Part shown: positions 17,753-25,655 of the stretch, one piece after another
Numbering within the stretch: the first letter of the stretch is position 1
Layout of the letters: every line of letters starts with the position of its first letter
Virus record (IMG/VR): IMGVR_UViG_3300039180_001591
Span: 1-26,135 of that record
From: a virus
Lineage: Duplodnaviria > Caudoviricetes
Length of the DNA: 26,135 nucleotides
Direction: 5' to 3' (one strand)
Program-made: the position numbers and the translations under genes
Notes under the pieces: model-generated
What the model saw: only the letters and a program-made list of their open reading frames with translations
Databases searched by the model: none
Told to the model about the DNA's origin: nothing

Positions 17753-17782
17753 AATATACGAATTATTTTTTGGTTCTCCAAA
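17753..17782 (-). promoter_or_regulatory. Class-1 promoter motif, only 6 nt from the start codon
   Basis: TTTGG-agaaccaaaaaataa-TTCGTATATT-gacgtt-ATG. Confidence 0.8.
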
Positions 17783-17784
17783 TA

Positions 17785-18057
17785 TTATAAACCTTGTCTA
17801 ACATCCCCATAAAAACTATATGTTTTTGGTTTTTCAACTGGTATTTCATATTCGTGTTCATTAATAGTATATAATTTACTATCTAGAGGATCTAATCTAT
17901 ATGAACCTTTAAACCCTGTACTATTAAAAAATGCTTCTAAGGCCTCAGTAAGTGAGGTATGTATAACATTTTTTGGATCTGATGTTAATATCCAATTATC
18001 CCCAGGTGCTTTTCTATTAGCTATTAGTTCATTATGTTCTATTCTTTCTGTTTGCAT
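17785..18057 (-). CDS. Hypothetical protein
   Basis: 90 aa ORF filling the gap between groEL and the clamp loader. Confidence 0.7.
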   Translation of the reverse strand: MQTERIEHNELIANRKAPGDNWILTSDPKNVIHTSLTEALEAFFNSTGFKGSYRLDPLDSKLYTINEHEYEIPVEKPKTYSFYGDVRQGL

Positions 18058-18074
18058 ATATTTTTGAATAATAA

Positions 18075-18098
18075 AGGGGAGGAAATAAATCCTCCCCT
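18075..18098 (-). terminator. Intrinsic terminator after groEL
   Basis: Perfect 9 bp inverted repeat AGGGGAGGA / TCCTCCCCT with a 6 nt loop, 9 nt after the groEL stop, followed on the minus strand by TTATTATT. Confidence 0.75.
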
Positions 18099-18107
18099 AA
18101 TTTATAA

Positions 18108-19748
18108 TTAATACATTCCTTCCTGTGATTCAGGTTCTGGTGTATCTACCACAACACATTCTGTAAGTAAAATTGTACCTGCAACTGAAGCTGCATTTTC
18201 TAATGCTGTTACAGTTACTTTAGTAGGATCTAAAATCCCTGCTTCTTTCATATTAACAATCTCTTCAGTTTTAAGATTATAACCTTTCCAAACATCTACA
18301 GAATCTGGTGGATTTGTAGATGAATCTGTGGCACCTGTTAATTGGTGTCTACCAATCATTTGAGCATCTGTTGATGTATAACCTGCGTTTGTAAGTATTT
18401 GTTCGAATGGTTTACCACAAGCGGTTGATACAATTTCAGCACCTATACTACCGGGTGTTATTTTTTTACGAGCATATAATAAAGCAGATCCACCACCCGG
18501 GACAATCCCAGCTTCTAGTGCTGCTTTTGTAGCGTGGAGTGCATCATCAACTCTATCTTTTTTCTCTCTCATTTCTACCTCTGTATGACCACCTACATGG
18601 ATAATCGAAACACCACCAACCATTTTTGCTAAACGGTTTTGAAGTTGTTCTGTTACAAAAGGAGTATCTGATTGTTCTATTTGAGTTTGTAATTCACCAA
18701 CTCTTAAATTGATTGCTTCTTCTTCACCCTTACCATCAACAATTGTTGTTTCTTCTTTAGTAATGGTTACTGTTCTAGATTCTCCAAACCAATCATAAGA
18801 AAATTTATCTAATTTCATCCCCTTATCCTTATCAAATACGGTACCACCTGTTAAAGTTGCTATATCTTCTAAGATTAATTTTTTACGTTCTCCAAAATCT
18901 GGAGCTTTGACTGCTGCTACTTTTAAAATACCCCTTGCTTTATTAACAATTAATGTTGCAAGTGCTTCTCCATCAATATCATCAGCAATGATTAGTAAGG
19001 ATCTGTTTGTATTAGAAACACTTTCTAAAATAGGAAGTAATTCTTTAACTTGTGTAAATTTATGATCTGCCACTAAAATAAATGGGTTATCTAATGTACA
19101 ACTCATGCTGTTATTATCTGTAACAAAGAAGTGGGATTTATAACCTCTACTAAATTGCATCCCTTCAACAGTTTCAAGATATGTTTCACCTGATTTGCTC
19201 TCTTCAATGTGAACTACACCGTCTCTACCTACTTTTTCAATTGCGGTTGCTATTAACTTACCAACTTCTACATCATTATTAGCTGAAATTGTTGCTATTT
19301 GTTGTAATTGTTCTTCATTAGTAATTTCTTGTGAAATATTTTCTCTAATGTAAGTTATTACTTCTTTTACAGCTACATCAATACTACGTTTAATTTCAAC
19401 AGCATTTTCACCATTATTGAGGTGTTTTAACCCTGCTTTAATTAATTCTCGGGCTAATAAAGTTGATGTTGTTGTACCATCTCCAGCTTTTTCAGCTGTC
19501 TGCAATGCTGCTTCTTTAACCATTTGAACACCTAAATTTTGGACTAAATCCTCTACCTCAATGTGTTTTGCAACCGTTACCCCATCCTTAGTGTGGATTG
19601 GTTTACCAGGTCTATCTGTTCCTGTTGTATCAATTAATACATTTCTCCCGTTTGGTCCTAAAGTACATACAACTGCATCTGCAAGTGTGTTAATACCTTT
19701 CATTAGTTCCTCCCTAGCTTCGGTTCCGAATCTTACTACTTTTTTCAT
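18108..19748 (-). CDS. groEL: Chaperonin GroEL (phage-encoded, divergent)
   Basis: TLGPNGRNV, TKDGVTVAK, AGDGTTT, EGMQF, KAPDFG, EKKDRVDDAL, GIVPGGG, GILDPTKV; no GGM tail. Confidence 0.97.
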   Translation of the reverse strand: MKKVVRFGTEAREELMKGINTLADAVVCTLGPNGRNVLIDTTGTDRPGKPIHTKDGVTVAKHIEVEDLVQNLGVQMVKEAALQTAEKAGDGTTTSTLLARELIKAGLKHLNNGENAVEIKRSIDVAVKEVITYIRENISQEITNEEQLQQIATISANNDVEVGKLIATAIEKVGRDGVVHIEESKSGETYLETVEGMQFSRGYKSHFFVTDNNSMSCTLDNPFILVADHKFTQVKELLPILESVSNTNRSLLIIADDIDGEALATLIVNKARGILKVAAVKAPDFGERKKLILEDIATLTGGTVFDKDKGMKLDKFSYDWFGESRTVTITKEETTIVDGKGEEEAINLRVGELQTQIEQSDTPFVTEQLQNRLAKMVGGVSIIHVGGHTEVEMREKKDRVDDALHATKAALEAGIVPGGGSALLYARKKITPGSIGAEIVSTACGKPFEQILTNAGYTSTDAQMIGRHQLTGATDSSTNPPDSVDVWKGYNLKTEEIVNMKEAGILDPTKVTVTALENAASVAGTILLTECVVVDTPEPESQEGMY

Positions 19749-19753
19749 ATCTA

Positions 19754-20059
19754 TTATTTAGTTTTTTTATTTATTTTTGCTAGTATTTGATTTTCTGGGC
19801 CTATCCAATACTCTTCACCATCATATGGTAATTTTGTAAAACCCTGAGTTGGTAAAACTACAACATCTCCAACTTTACTAATTGTTGGAATAAATTCCCC
19901 CATTAGTGTTTTTTGACCAGGGCCAACTGATATAATCTCACCCATTTGATTTTTTTCACTTCCCATATCAGGGACGATAATTGATCCGTGTTGTTTTTCT
20001 TCTGCTTCTACAGGTTTAACAATAACGGCGTTAAATAATGCTTCTAATTCTTCTTTCAT
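19754..20059 (-). CDS. groES: Co-chaperonin GroES
   Basis: VIVKP, GSIIVPD (mobile loop), GEIISVGPG, KVGDVV, ILAKI; immediately upstream of groEL. Confidence 0.93.
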   Translation of the reverse strand: MKEELEALFNAVIVKPVEAEEKQHGSIIVPDMGSEKNQMGEIISVGPGQKTLMGEFIPTISKVGDVVVLPTQGFTKLPYDGEEYWIGPENQILAKINKKTK

Positions 20060-20373
20060 AATCCTTTGTAATTTTGTAATTTTCTTAACTCTATTAATAA
20101 TTCATCCCATTCTTCAATATATTCTTTTATACTGTTATAGGAATTTCCTTTTTGGTCTAATTTTAACTTTGCAACTTTTTGTAAAGCTGACCCAAAAGTC
20201 CCATAGTGACCTTGAGGTTTTTCATAAACGACTACTTTATCTCCCTTTTTTAAAGCAGTGCCTGCTCTTGTTTTTTTAGGGGAAACTGCTTCATACACTG
20301 TATAACAATGAGCATCTTTCCCTATAAAATAAGGTTCTAAAAGTGGGTCTTTAATTGTGGTGTTGTTTGACAT
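20056..20373 (-). CDS. Hypothetical protein translationally coupled to groES
   Basis: 105 aa; first gene after a class-1 box; ATGA overlap with groES. Confidence 0.75.
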   Translation of the reverse strand: MSNNTTIKDPLLEPYFIGKDAHCYTVYEAVSPKKTRAGTALKKGDKVVVYEKPQGHYGTFGSALQKVAKLKLDQKGNSYNSIKEYIEEWDELLIELRKLQNYKGL

Positions 20374-20396
20374 ATAACTATTTTTTGTTTGACGTT

Positions 20397-20406
20397 AATA
20401 TACGAA
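20397..20406 (-). promoter_or_regulatory. Class-1 promoter core box (upstream element not conserved)
   Basis: TTCGTATATT 23 nt upstream of ATG 20373; the upstream-element position reads CGTGT. Confidence 0.7.
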
Positions 20407-20443
20407 AAATATTGCGCTAAGACACGCTATTTTGTGAAAACTA

Positions 20444-20860
20444 TTATTTAATTTTGATTGATTTTGACTTAGATTCTTTAGCTAGTGGGAGGTGGATTAA
20501 TAATAATCCATTCTCCATTTCAGCATTAATCTTAGTAAGATCAAATTTTGGGGCTATTTTATACCCTAAATTAAATGATTTTCTGCTTAAACCGTGGTAA
20601 ATATACCCGGATAAGTCTTTGGATGTTTCTGTAGGTTTGTCGTAAGATATTCTTAACACATCATGTTCTACTTCTATTGAAATGTCTCCTTTTGTGAGGC
20701 CCGTACAAGCAATCTCGAAGTAAAGTCCTTCTTGATCGTGGTAAATATCTAGTGGGTGGGGTTGTTTTGAATTTAAAGCAGGAGCAAAGGCTTCGTCTGC
20801 TTTGAAAAAATTTCGATACAAAATATCGAAGGGGGTGTGCTCATTGAATAATGTACTCAT
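20444..20860 (-). CDS. hsp20: Small heat-shock protein (Hsp20/alpha-crystallin family)
   Basis: HPLDI, EIACTG..K.DISIEV...VLRI, YIYHGLSRKSF, AEMENGLLLIHLP. Confidence 0.93.
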   Translation of the reverse strand: MSTLFNEHTPFDILYRNFFKADEAFAPALNSKQPHPLDIYHDQEGLYFEIACTGLTKGDISIEVEHDVLRISYDKPTETSKDLSGYIYHGLSRKSFNLGYKIAPKFDLTKINAEMENGLLLIHLPLAKESKSKSIKIK

Positions 20861-20943
20861 ATCATATAATTTTTGTGCTGTCTTTAGATCAGCGGTTAAT
20901 ATTAAAAAACAATAGTGTGTATTAAACTACAATATTATTTATA

Positions 20944-20951
20944 TATACATA
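20944..20951 (-). promoter_or_regulatory. Class-2 motif TATGTATA upstream of hsp20
   Basis: In the 123 nt gap before hsp20, 83 nt from the ATG. Confidence 0.35.
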
Positions 20952-20983
20952 CGTTGGGGGTATGTTTTTATGCAGGGAATGTT

Positions 20984-21718
20984 TTAAAAATCAGTATCGG
21001 CACGGCGTACCATGAAATACTCACTAAATGTTCCCTCACTTGAAAATTCTAATTTTAATAGCCCCATAGAACTAAGTAATAACTTCCCACCACCCATATC
21101 TTTATTTGCTTGTAGGATTGTTTTAAAAACATCTGAGTTGTAGGGGGTTTGTAGATTTAATTCATCTATCTTACCTAAAATTTGGTATGTAATTTTATTG
21201 TTGTGACCTGCCTCGTCCCCAAATACAAATTCAACTATTTTTTCTTTATCTAAATTTTCGGTTGTTGTAATTAACATATTATCCACACCCGATAATGCAC
21301 TTTTTGCTTTAATCAAGTTGTTAATATCTTCAGTAGTTAGTTCTAATTCTACCACCCAATCTTGAGTATTTACAGTACCTACCTTATTGATAAGTAGAGG
21401 ATCTGATAGGGCATATGTTAAGTTGAAATTAAGATCTGATATTTTTAATTTAGTATAGATCGCATTATTTTTCTCTAATTCAAGAAGTAGATCTCCATTA
21501 CATATAGATACTAAACTTTGTAATTTTTTAGTATCATAAATAGCTAAATTGCTATCTTCCATTGAAAAATCATCACAGGTAACCTTACCAATAACATCCT
21601 TCGTAGGTGTCATAAAATTAACACTTAGATTTTTATCCTTAATAACCCATTTTACGGATTCGTTTAATCCTAGATAATATTTATCTATTATACTTTGTAG
21701 TTGTAATTTATTTATCAT
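20984..21718 (-). CDS. Sliding clamp (T4 gp45-like)
   Basis: 244 aa; NLAIYDTKKLQSLVSI resembles the gp45 AIYDL..FL segment; directly after the polymerase and near the clamp-loader genes. Confidence 0.7.
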   Translation of the reverse strand: MINKLQLQSIIDKYYLGLNESVKWVIKDKNLSVNFMTPTKDVIGKVTCDDFSMEDSNLAIYDTKKLQSLVSICNGDLLLELEKNNAIYTKLKISDLNFNLTYALSDPLLINKVGTVNTQDWVVELELTTEDINNLIKAKSALSGVDNMLITTTENLDKEKIVEFVFGDEAGHNNKITYQILGKIDELNLQTPYNSDVFKTILQANKDMGGGKLLLSSMGLLKLEFSSEGTFSEYFMVRRADTDF

Positions 21719-21732
21719 TTTCTTTTTATTTA

Positions 21733-22665
21733 TTAAAGGTTAAAAAACATTTCTTTATAAGGATTTAGAGATAGGTGCCAACCTAAGTCGTTATAAAATC
21801 CCTCTAATTTGTTTAGTAGTATAGATTCAAATATTTTTTTTCTATCAGCATATTGTTCTATAAATAATTCAATTTTAGGGGGGAAATCAAAATCTAAAAA
21901 TGCTATTGCATCAATTTGATAGGGGTTTGATTTTAGGTAAATCCATTTAATCTTATCACCCTGAGTTATTGTACTATGTTTTTTATCTAATCCCCAAAAC
22001 TTAAGTAAATCATTATATTTAATAACGGCTCTAACTGCTGCGGGTGCACCTTTAGCTACTACTGTAAACATTTCCCCTGCACGTGCTTTACGTTCGGTAT
22101 ACTTATTTAATGTTTTTACGGATGTTGGGTTTCCTAATTGGGTTAAAGGAATACTACCATCTAATATTTGTATTTTAAACTCTTTAACACGTGCATCTAT
22201 TTCAGGTTGTTGGGTGCCTTTTAAAACATCTACTAATGCTTTATGGAAAAACTTCCCAAGTACTGGTGGGAAATTTGCTTTTTTAAACTCAAGTCCCTTA
22301 ACATCTAGTGTTTCTTTTGTAATACCTTCTTGTTTTGTAATCCACTGGGCATAACGTCTAGTAGCTCTAAAATATGCTGCTCTAATAACGCATTCAGTCT
22401 TCATTTCAAGTCTGTGTTTACCCTTAGCATTAAAGCAATTGGTAGCTAACTCATCATAAGAATCAGTGATTGTATCCTGATATTTGAGTGCAATTACCTC
22501 TAACTTATCATCCTTTTCCTCACTAGGCATTTCATCAAAGTTGGGGTAAAGGTGTCTCATTAAAGGTTCGGCATGAACATAGATTGAATCTGTATCTGAA
22601 TATGCTATGTAATTAACATCTTCGGCGTCACAAATCCACCAAGGTACGTCTTGTAAGTGCTTCAT
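21733..22665 (-). CDS. polB: Family B DNA polymerase, C-terminal subunit (motif C and thumb)
   Basis: YSDTDSIYV (motif C), LEMKTE, RRYA, VKGLE, GDKIKWIYLK; hydrophobic C-terminus EMFFNL may bind the clamp. Confidence 0.9.
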   Translation of the reverse strand: MKHLQDVPWWICDAEDVNYIAYSDTDSIYVHAEPLMRHLYPNFDEMPSEEKDDKLEVIALKYQDTITDSYDELATNCFNAKGKHRLEMKTECVIRAAYFRATRRYAQWITKQEGITKETLDVKGLEFKKANFPPVLGKFFHKALVDVLKGTQQPEIDARVKEFKIQILDGSIPLTQLGNPTSVKTLNKYTERKARAGEMFTVVAKGAPAAVRAVIKYNDLLKFWGLDKKHSTITQGDKIKWIYLKSNPYQIDAIAFLDFDFPPKIELFIEQYADRKKIFESILLNKLEGFYNDLGWHLSLNPYKEMFFNL

Positions 22666-24344
22666 AGTTCTATGTTATTTTTAATGACTTTATTTATATG
22701 TCGGTTTGTTGTTAAAGCCGATTCTTGGATTATTCGCTGTCCACTCAGTGTAATGGCTTCTGATAATATTACATTACCATATCTAAAACTACCAAGAGCA
22801 GTTGCACCATATAAACTATTAAGTAAAATCTTCATAGTATATTGTTTCATATGAAAACCTGCACCTAATTCTTTATCACCTGCTTTAAATGCATCTTTCA
22901 TCTTATTTTTATAGAAAACACGCTCATCAAACCATTTTTTTAGGATAGTACTTAATACTGATTCTTTGTCTGTTCTAAATAAAACCCCGTTTGCTGATAT
23001 TGATAGTTCATTTTGTTCGATCATTGATATTAACCTACTAACATTCACTTTAGTTCTACTCCTTTTTGCATTTTCTATAATAAGTTCTTCCTCAGGATCC
23101 CTCTTTCGTAAATCATTTAACCCTAAACGATTATTTCTATCATCAGCATCTATAATTCTACCAACCATTGTTTCTTTACCAATATTGATAGTCATTATAA
23201 TTGAAGGGTATAGAGATGTTAAATCCTCATCAAATACATAATTATATATTCCTGCTTTAGGGCAAAATAAATAACCACCTGCATAATTTTTCTTTGAAAA
23301 TGGGTTACGTTCTTTGGCAGGTGGGACAATACCTTCACTAAGTAAATATGCTGAAATAGCACCATCTTGTGTTTTAGTATTGGCATATACTTCACTGTAG
23401 TTGTGTTTGCCTTTATGAGCTAGATTCTTAACAAGAGATAAATATTCTAGTTTCTCATCTAATAGTTTTAATATTTCAACATCCACAAAGTTGTATCGAA
23501 TGAATTTTTGTATATCGTTTTCAAATAATGTATCAAGGTTACCTTCATACTCAATTTTATTCATCCCTACATACTTTTCACCAATAGCATCCAATTTAAA
23601 TGATGGTTCATCCGCCCAGCTAAACTTTTTATGTAGACGCATATAATCTAATGATTCAACACCTGCTATTTGGATGAATTGATCTTTATACCAAGGTGTT
23701 TCACGAACATACCCTATTGGGGATAGATAACGAGCAATATCTTGACCTAAAACATTACACATCCTATAGTAAAGGTAAGGAATATCAAAATAATCACTAT
23801 TCCACCCTACTATAATATCAGGATCCATTTCCCTAAATCTTTCTATAAATTTAAGTAATAATTCACTTTCAGTAGCACAAGGTATAATTTCTTTATTTTT
23901 TGCTTTAGTTCTAGTAAGTTGGTCTTTACCATCTAGAATTAAAATCCCCCATTTATCTTCTTGTTTATCATACCAAGCAATTGATGTGACTTTTTTAGGT
24001 GCTGATTTAATGTATTCTTCTGTAAGAGCACCACCCATTTCAATCTCAATATCAAAAAATATTTCTCGTTGTGTTGTTGAAGGTGTGTCATCAATACCAT
24101 ATTTTTCAACTAGGAATTTTTGATGTGCAGGCATGTCGTGGAAGTGGACTTTGTTGTCTTCTTGATTCCAGTTTGGTGTTTTACGTAATGGTTCACCGTT
24201 CAACCCTGTATGTGTTGCCTTAGAATCATCACACTCCAAATAAGCTTGACTTGTCCATTCCACTTTTTCATAACCCTCATCTGTCCATAGGTGAATTAAA
24301 TGGTTATTACCTTTTAATCTCCTTGCAAATATTTTTTTATACAT
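22662..24344 (-). CDS. polB: Family B DNA polymerase, N-terminal subunit (3'-5' exonuclease, motifs A and B)
   Basis: FFDIEI (ExoI), GWNSDYFDIPY (ExoII), YNFVDV (ExoIII), YAGGY, DLTSLYPSII (motif A), KILLNSLYG (motif B). Confidence 0.95.
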   Translation of the reverse strand: MYKKIFARRLKGNNHLIHLWTDEGYEKVEWTSQAYLECDDSKATHTGLNGEPLRKTPNWNQEDNKVHFHDMPAHQKFLVEKYGIDDTPSTTQREIFFDIEIEMGGALTEEYIKSAPKKVTSIAWYDKQEDKWGILILDGKDQLTRTKAKNKEIIPCATESELLLKFIERFREMDPDIIVGWNSDYFDIPYLYYRMCNVLGQDIARYLSPIGYVRETPWYKDQFIQIAGVESLDYMRLHKKFSWADEPSFKLDAIGEKYVGMNKIEYEGNLDTLFENDIQKFIRYNFVDVEILKLLDEKLEYLSLVKNLAHKGKHNYSEVYANTKTQDGAISAYLLSEGIVPPAKERNPFSKKNYAGGYLFCPKAGIYNYVFDEDLTSLYPSIIMTINIGKETMVGRIIDADDRNNRLGLNDLRKRDPEEELIIENAKRSRTKVNVSRLISMIEQNELSISANGVLFRTDKESVLSTILKKWFDERVFYKNKMKDAFKAGDKELGAGFHMKQYTMKILLNSLYGATALGSFRYGNVILSEAITLSGQRIIQESALTTNRHINKVIKNNIEL

Positions 24345-24364
24345 CTATAACTTATTTTGACCAC

Positions 24365-24394
24365 AATATAATAAAGGCTTAACCAGTCTCCAAG
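24365..24394 (-). promoter_or_regulatory. Class-1 promoter motif, variant box
   Basis: CTTGG-agactggttaagcct-TTATTATATT (8/10 match, same 15 nt spacing), 20 nt upstream of the polymerase ATG. Confidence 0.6.
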
Positions 24395-24424
24395 CTAAGC
24401 CCTACTACATTTAGAGTGGTTTAT

Positions 24425-24931
24425 TTATTTTTTGGCATTCTTAATTTCATCTGCTGTGAAGAATTGTTTTAAGTCGGGTCTATAGTAATTAATATTTTTC
24501 ATTACTTTTTTGTCACGAGTTCTATAGACAATATAATATTCGCCAACCTTTTCGTAGTGACATAGTTCATTTTGCTCCTTGGAACGGAGGTCCACTGTCG
24601 CTTGTGCCTCTTCTTCGTTAATGCAAGCTTTTGACATATTCGACCCCTGTACTTCTTGATACGCTGGCCATATTTTATCCTTAAGACCATGTAACATAGA
24701 ACCGTTACCAAACGAGACGTAGGCAATATCACATAAAGCATCAAGAACCTCAACAATATCCCCTGCTTCACAGGCAGCTTTATATTCTTCAAGTTCTTCA
24801 AGAATAAAGTCATAAACAAACTGCCATTCTTTCTTTTCTGGAATGATTGGGGAGTAATTATTTGGCTTGCCCATCGTGGTATTAAATTCTTCAACTTCAT
24901 CTACAAAAGGTACATTAGTGTTATTTTTCAT
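24425..24931 (-). CDS. MazG-like / phosphoribosyl-ATP-pyrophosphohydrolase-family NTP pyrophosphatase
   Basis: ILEELEEY, EVLDALCDIAYV, EVQGSNMSK, RDKKVMK....RPDL. ATG 24931 preferred because ATG 24958 overlaps folE. Confidence 0.8.
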   Translation of the reverse strand: MKNNTNVPFVDEVEEFNTTMGKPNNYSPIIPEKKEWQFVYDFILEELEEYKAACEAGDIVEVLDALCDIAYVSFGNGSMLHGLKDKIWPAYQEVQGSNMSKACINEEEAQATVDLRSKEQNELCHYEKVGEYYIVYRTRDKKVMKNINYYRPDLKQFFTADEIKNAKK

Positions 24932-24938
24932 AATATTT

Positions 24939-25634
24939 TTATATTTGGTGTCCCCCATTATTAATTTTTAAACTATCAAAAAACTCTTTACGAGCATTGT
25001 TTGTATCATCTCTAAAAGCACCTGATGCTTTAGTTGTGATCATTGAGGCTCCTTGATGTTTAACACCTCTACAACTTACACAATTATGCCCTGCTACTAT
25101 TGTCACCGCAACTCCTAAATTACCTTCTGTAATTTTGTCAACAGCTCCATGAATGGCTGATGTTAATTGTTCTTGTATTGCTCCTCTTCTACCAAATAAT
25201 TCAACAATTCTATTTAATTTAGATAAACCAATTACTTGACCATCTATCCCGGCAATATATCCAATATGAACAACACCACTAATTGTTTGGTGATGGTGGC
25301 TACACATACTCGTTAAAGGTATATTACGTTCAATAATAATACCATCATAACCATCTGAGGGGAAGGAAGTAATTGGTGACATTGCAGTATACCTACCTGA
25401 CCATAAATCATTAACATAAGCCTTAGCTACACGTTTTGGGGTTTCCATTGAATTAGGATCATTTTGCCAATCACATTTTAGAGCTGTTAAAAATTCACCA
25501 TATGCTTTTGTAGCATTATCGATCATTTCCTGTTTTTCATCTAAATTTAATGGGAAACCTTCAGCAACCCCATTAGCATATCCTGTTTTAACCACTTCCA
25601 ACTCTTCGTGGATTTTTCTACGTTTATTTTCCAT
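24939..25634 (-). CDS. folE: GTP cyclohydrolase I
   Basis: ETPKRVAKAY, SMCSHH, GLSKLNRIV, IQEQLT, HNCVSCRGV, RKEF. Confidence 0.95.
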   Translation of the reverse strand: MENKRRKIHEELEVVKTGYANGVAEGFPLNLDEKQEMIDNATKAYGEFLTALKCDWQNDPNSMETPKRVAKAYVNDLWSGRYTAMSPITSFPSDGYDGIIIERNIPLTSMCSHHHQTISGVVHIGYIAGIDGQVIGLSKLNRIVELFGRRGAIQEQLTSAIHGAVDKITEGNLGVAVTIVAGHNCVSCRGVKHQGASMITTKASGAFRDDTNNARKEFFDSLKINNGGHQI

Positions 25635-25655
25635 TTATAATATTTTATTTACGTT

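Noticed and set aside
22655-22690. Programmed frameshift, stop readthrough, intron or intein joining the polymerase halves
   Set aside because: The frames differ, so readthrough cannot join them. A TAA four codons upstream in the second frame leaves no slippery site, and there is no intervening sequence or intein terminus.
696-23241. All plus-strand ORFs in the track (e.g. 696-965, 2190-2453, 5569-5832, 14557-14838, 22966-23241)
   Set aside because: Short antisense shadows of well-supported minus-strand genes, with no recognisable motifs or promoters.
24345-24424. Possible tRNA or other structured RNA in the larger intergenic gaps
   Set aside because: No cloverleaf or T-loop consensus was seen; the gaps are short and accounted for by promoter motifs.
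4484-24900. Alternative-frame minus-strand ORFs 4484-4699, 16873-17058 and 24502-24900
   Set aside because: Nested in or largely overlapping the GT2, clamp-loader and pyrophosphatase genes; no independent evidence of coding.
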